Source of the DNA: Lama guanicoe
Lineage: Eukaryota
Reading direction: 5' to 3'
DNA length: 64,000 nt
NCBI GenBank assembly: GCA_013239625.1
Contig: MU053136.1
Coordinates: 390,017 to 454,016 of the forward strand
The notes beneath the pieces are model-generated. The model made no database searches and was not told the DNA's origin. It saw nothing but the letters and a program-made list of their open reading frames with translations. This document shows, piece after piece, positions 63,961 through 64,000 of this stretch (positions are counted from its first letter, which is position 1; every line of letters starts with the position of its first letter). The translations under genes were made by a program, and so were the position numbers.

Positions 63961-64000
63961 GCAGTACGTAGAACACTCATGTCATATTTTGTGCTTTTGT

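Overview
Mammalian nuclear DNA, most likely camelid (alpaca/camel type) judging by its short tRNA-derived SINEs and artiodactyl-type L1 3' ends. The window appears to lie inside the 5' part of R3HDM2 on the + strand. It holds the first two coding exons (58248-58412, MSSSNTTQETLEIMKESEKKLVEESVNKNKFISK...; 62878-62919, RRTSNHGHARKRAK), a likely upstream 5'UTR exon (5587-5654) and a candidate internal alternative first exon near 39.8-40.1 kb. Most of the rest is intron packed with nested retroelements (old and young L1, L2, MIR, SINEs, MaLR and ERV1 solo LTRs) and two DNA-transposon fossils, with a 36-N gap at 33771-33806. Nearly all ORFs in the supplied track are spurious or L1 remnants. I see no convincing new protein-coding or RNA system. 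The best leads are: a 483-bp tandem duplication of the candidate alternative first exon (possibly two alleles mis-assembled); a uORF-rich 5' leader; two copies of an L1-derived element with a non-standard 3' tail; L1 and SINE insertions carrying extra 3' sequence; a locally copied LTR fragment inside a younger L1; and several compact motif clusters and palindromes. Repeat subfamily names are from visual recognition and many boundaries are approximate.
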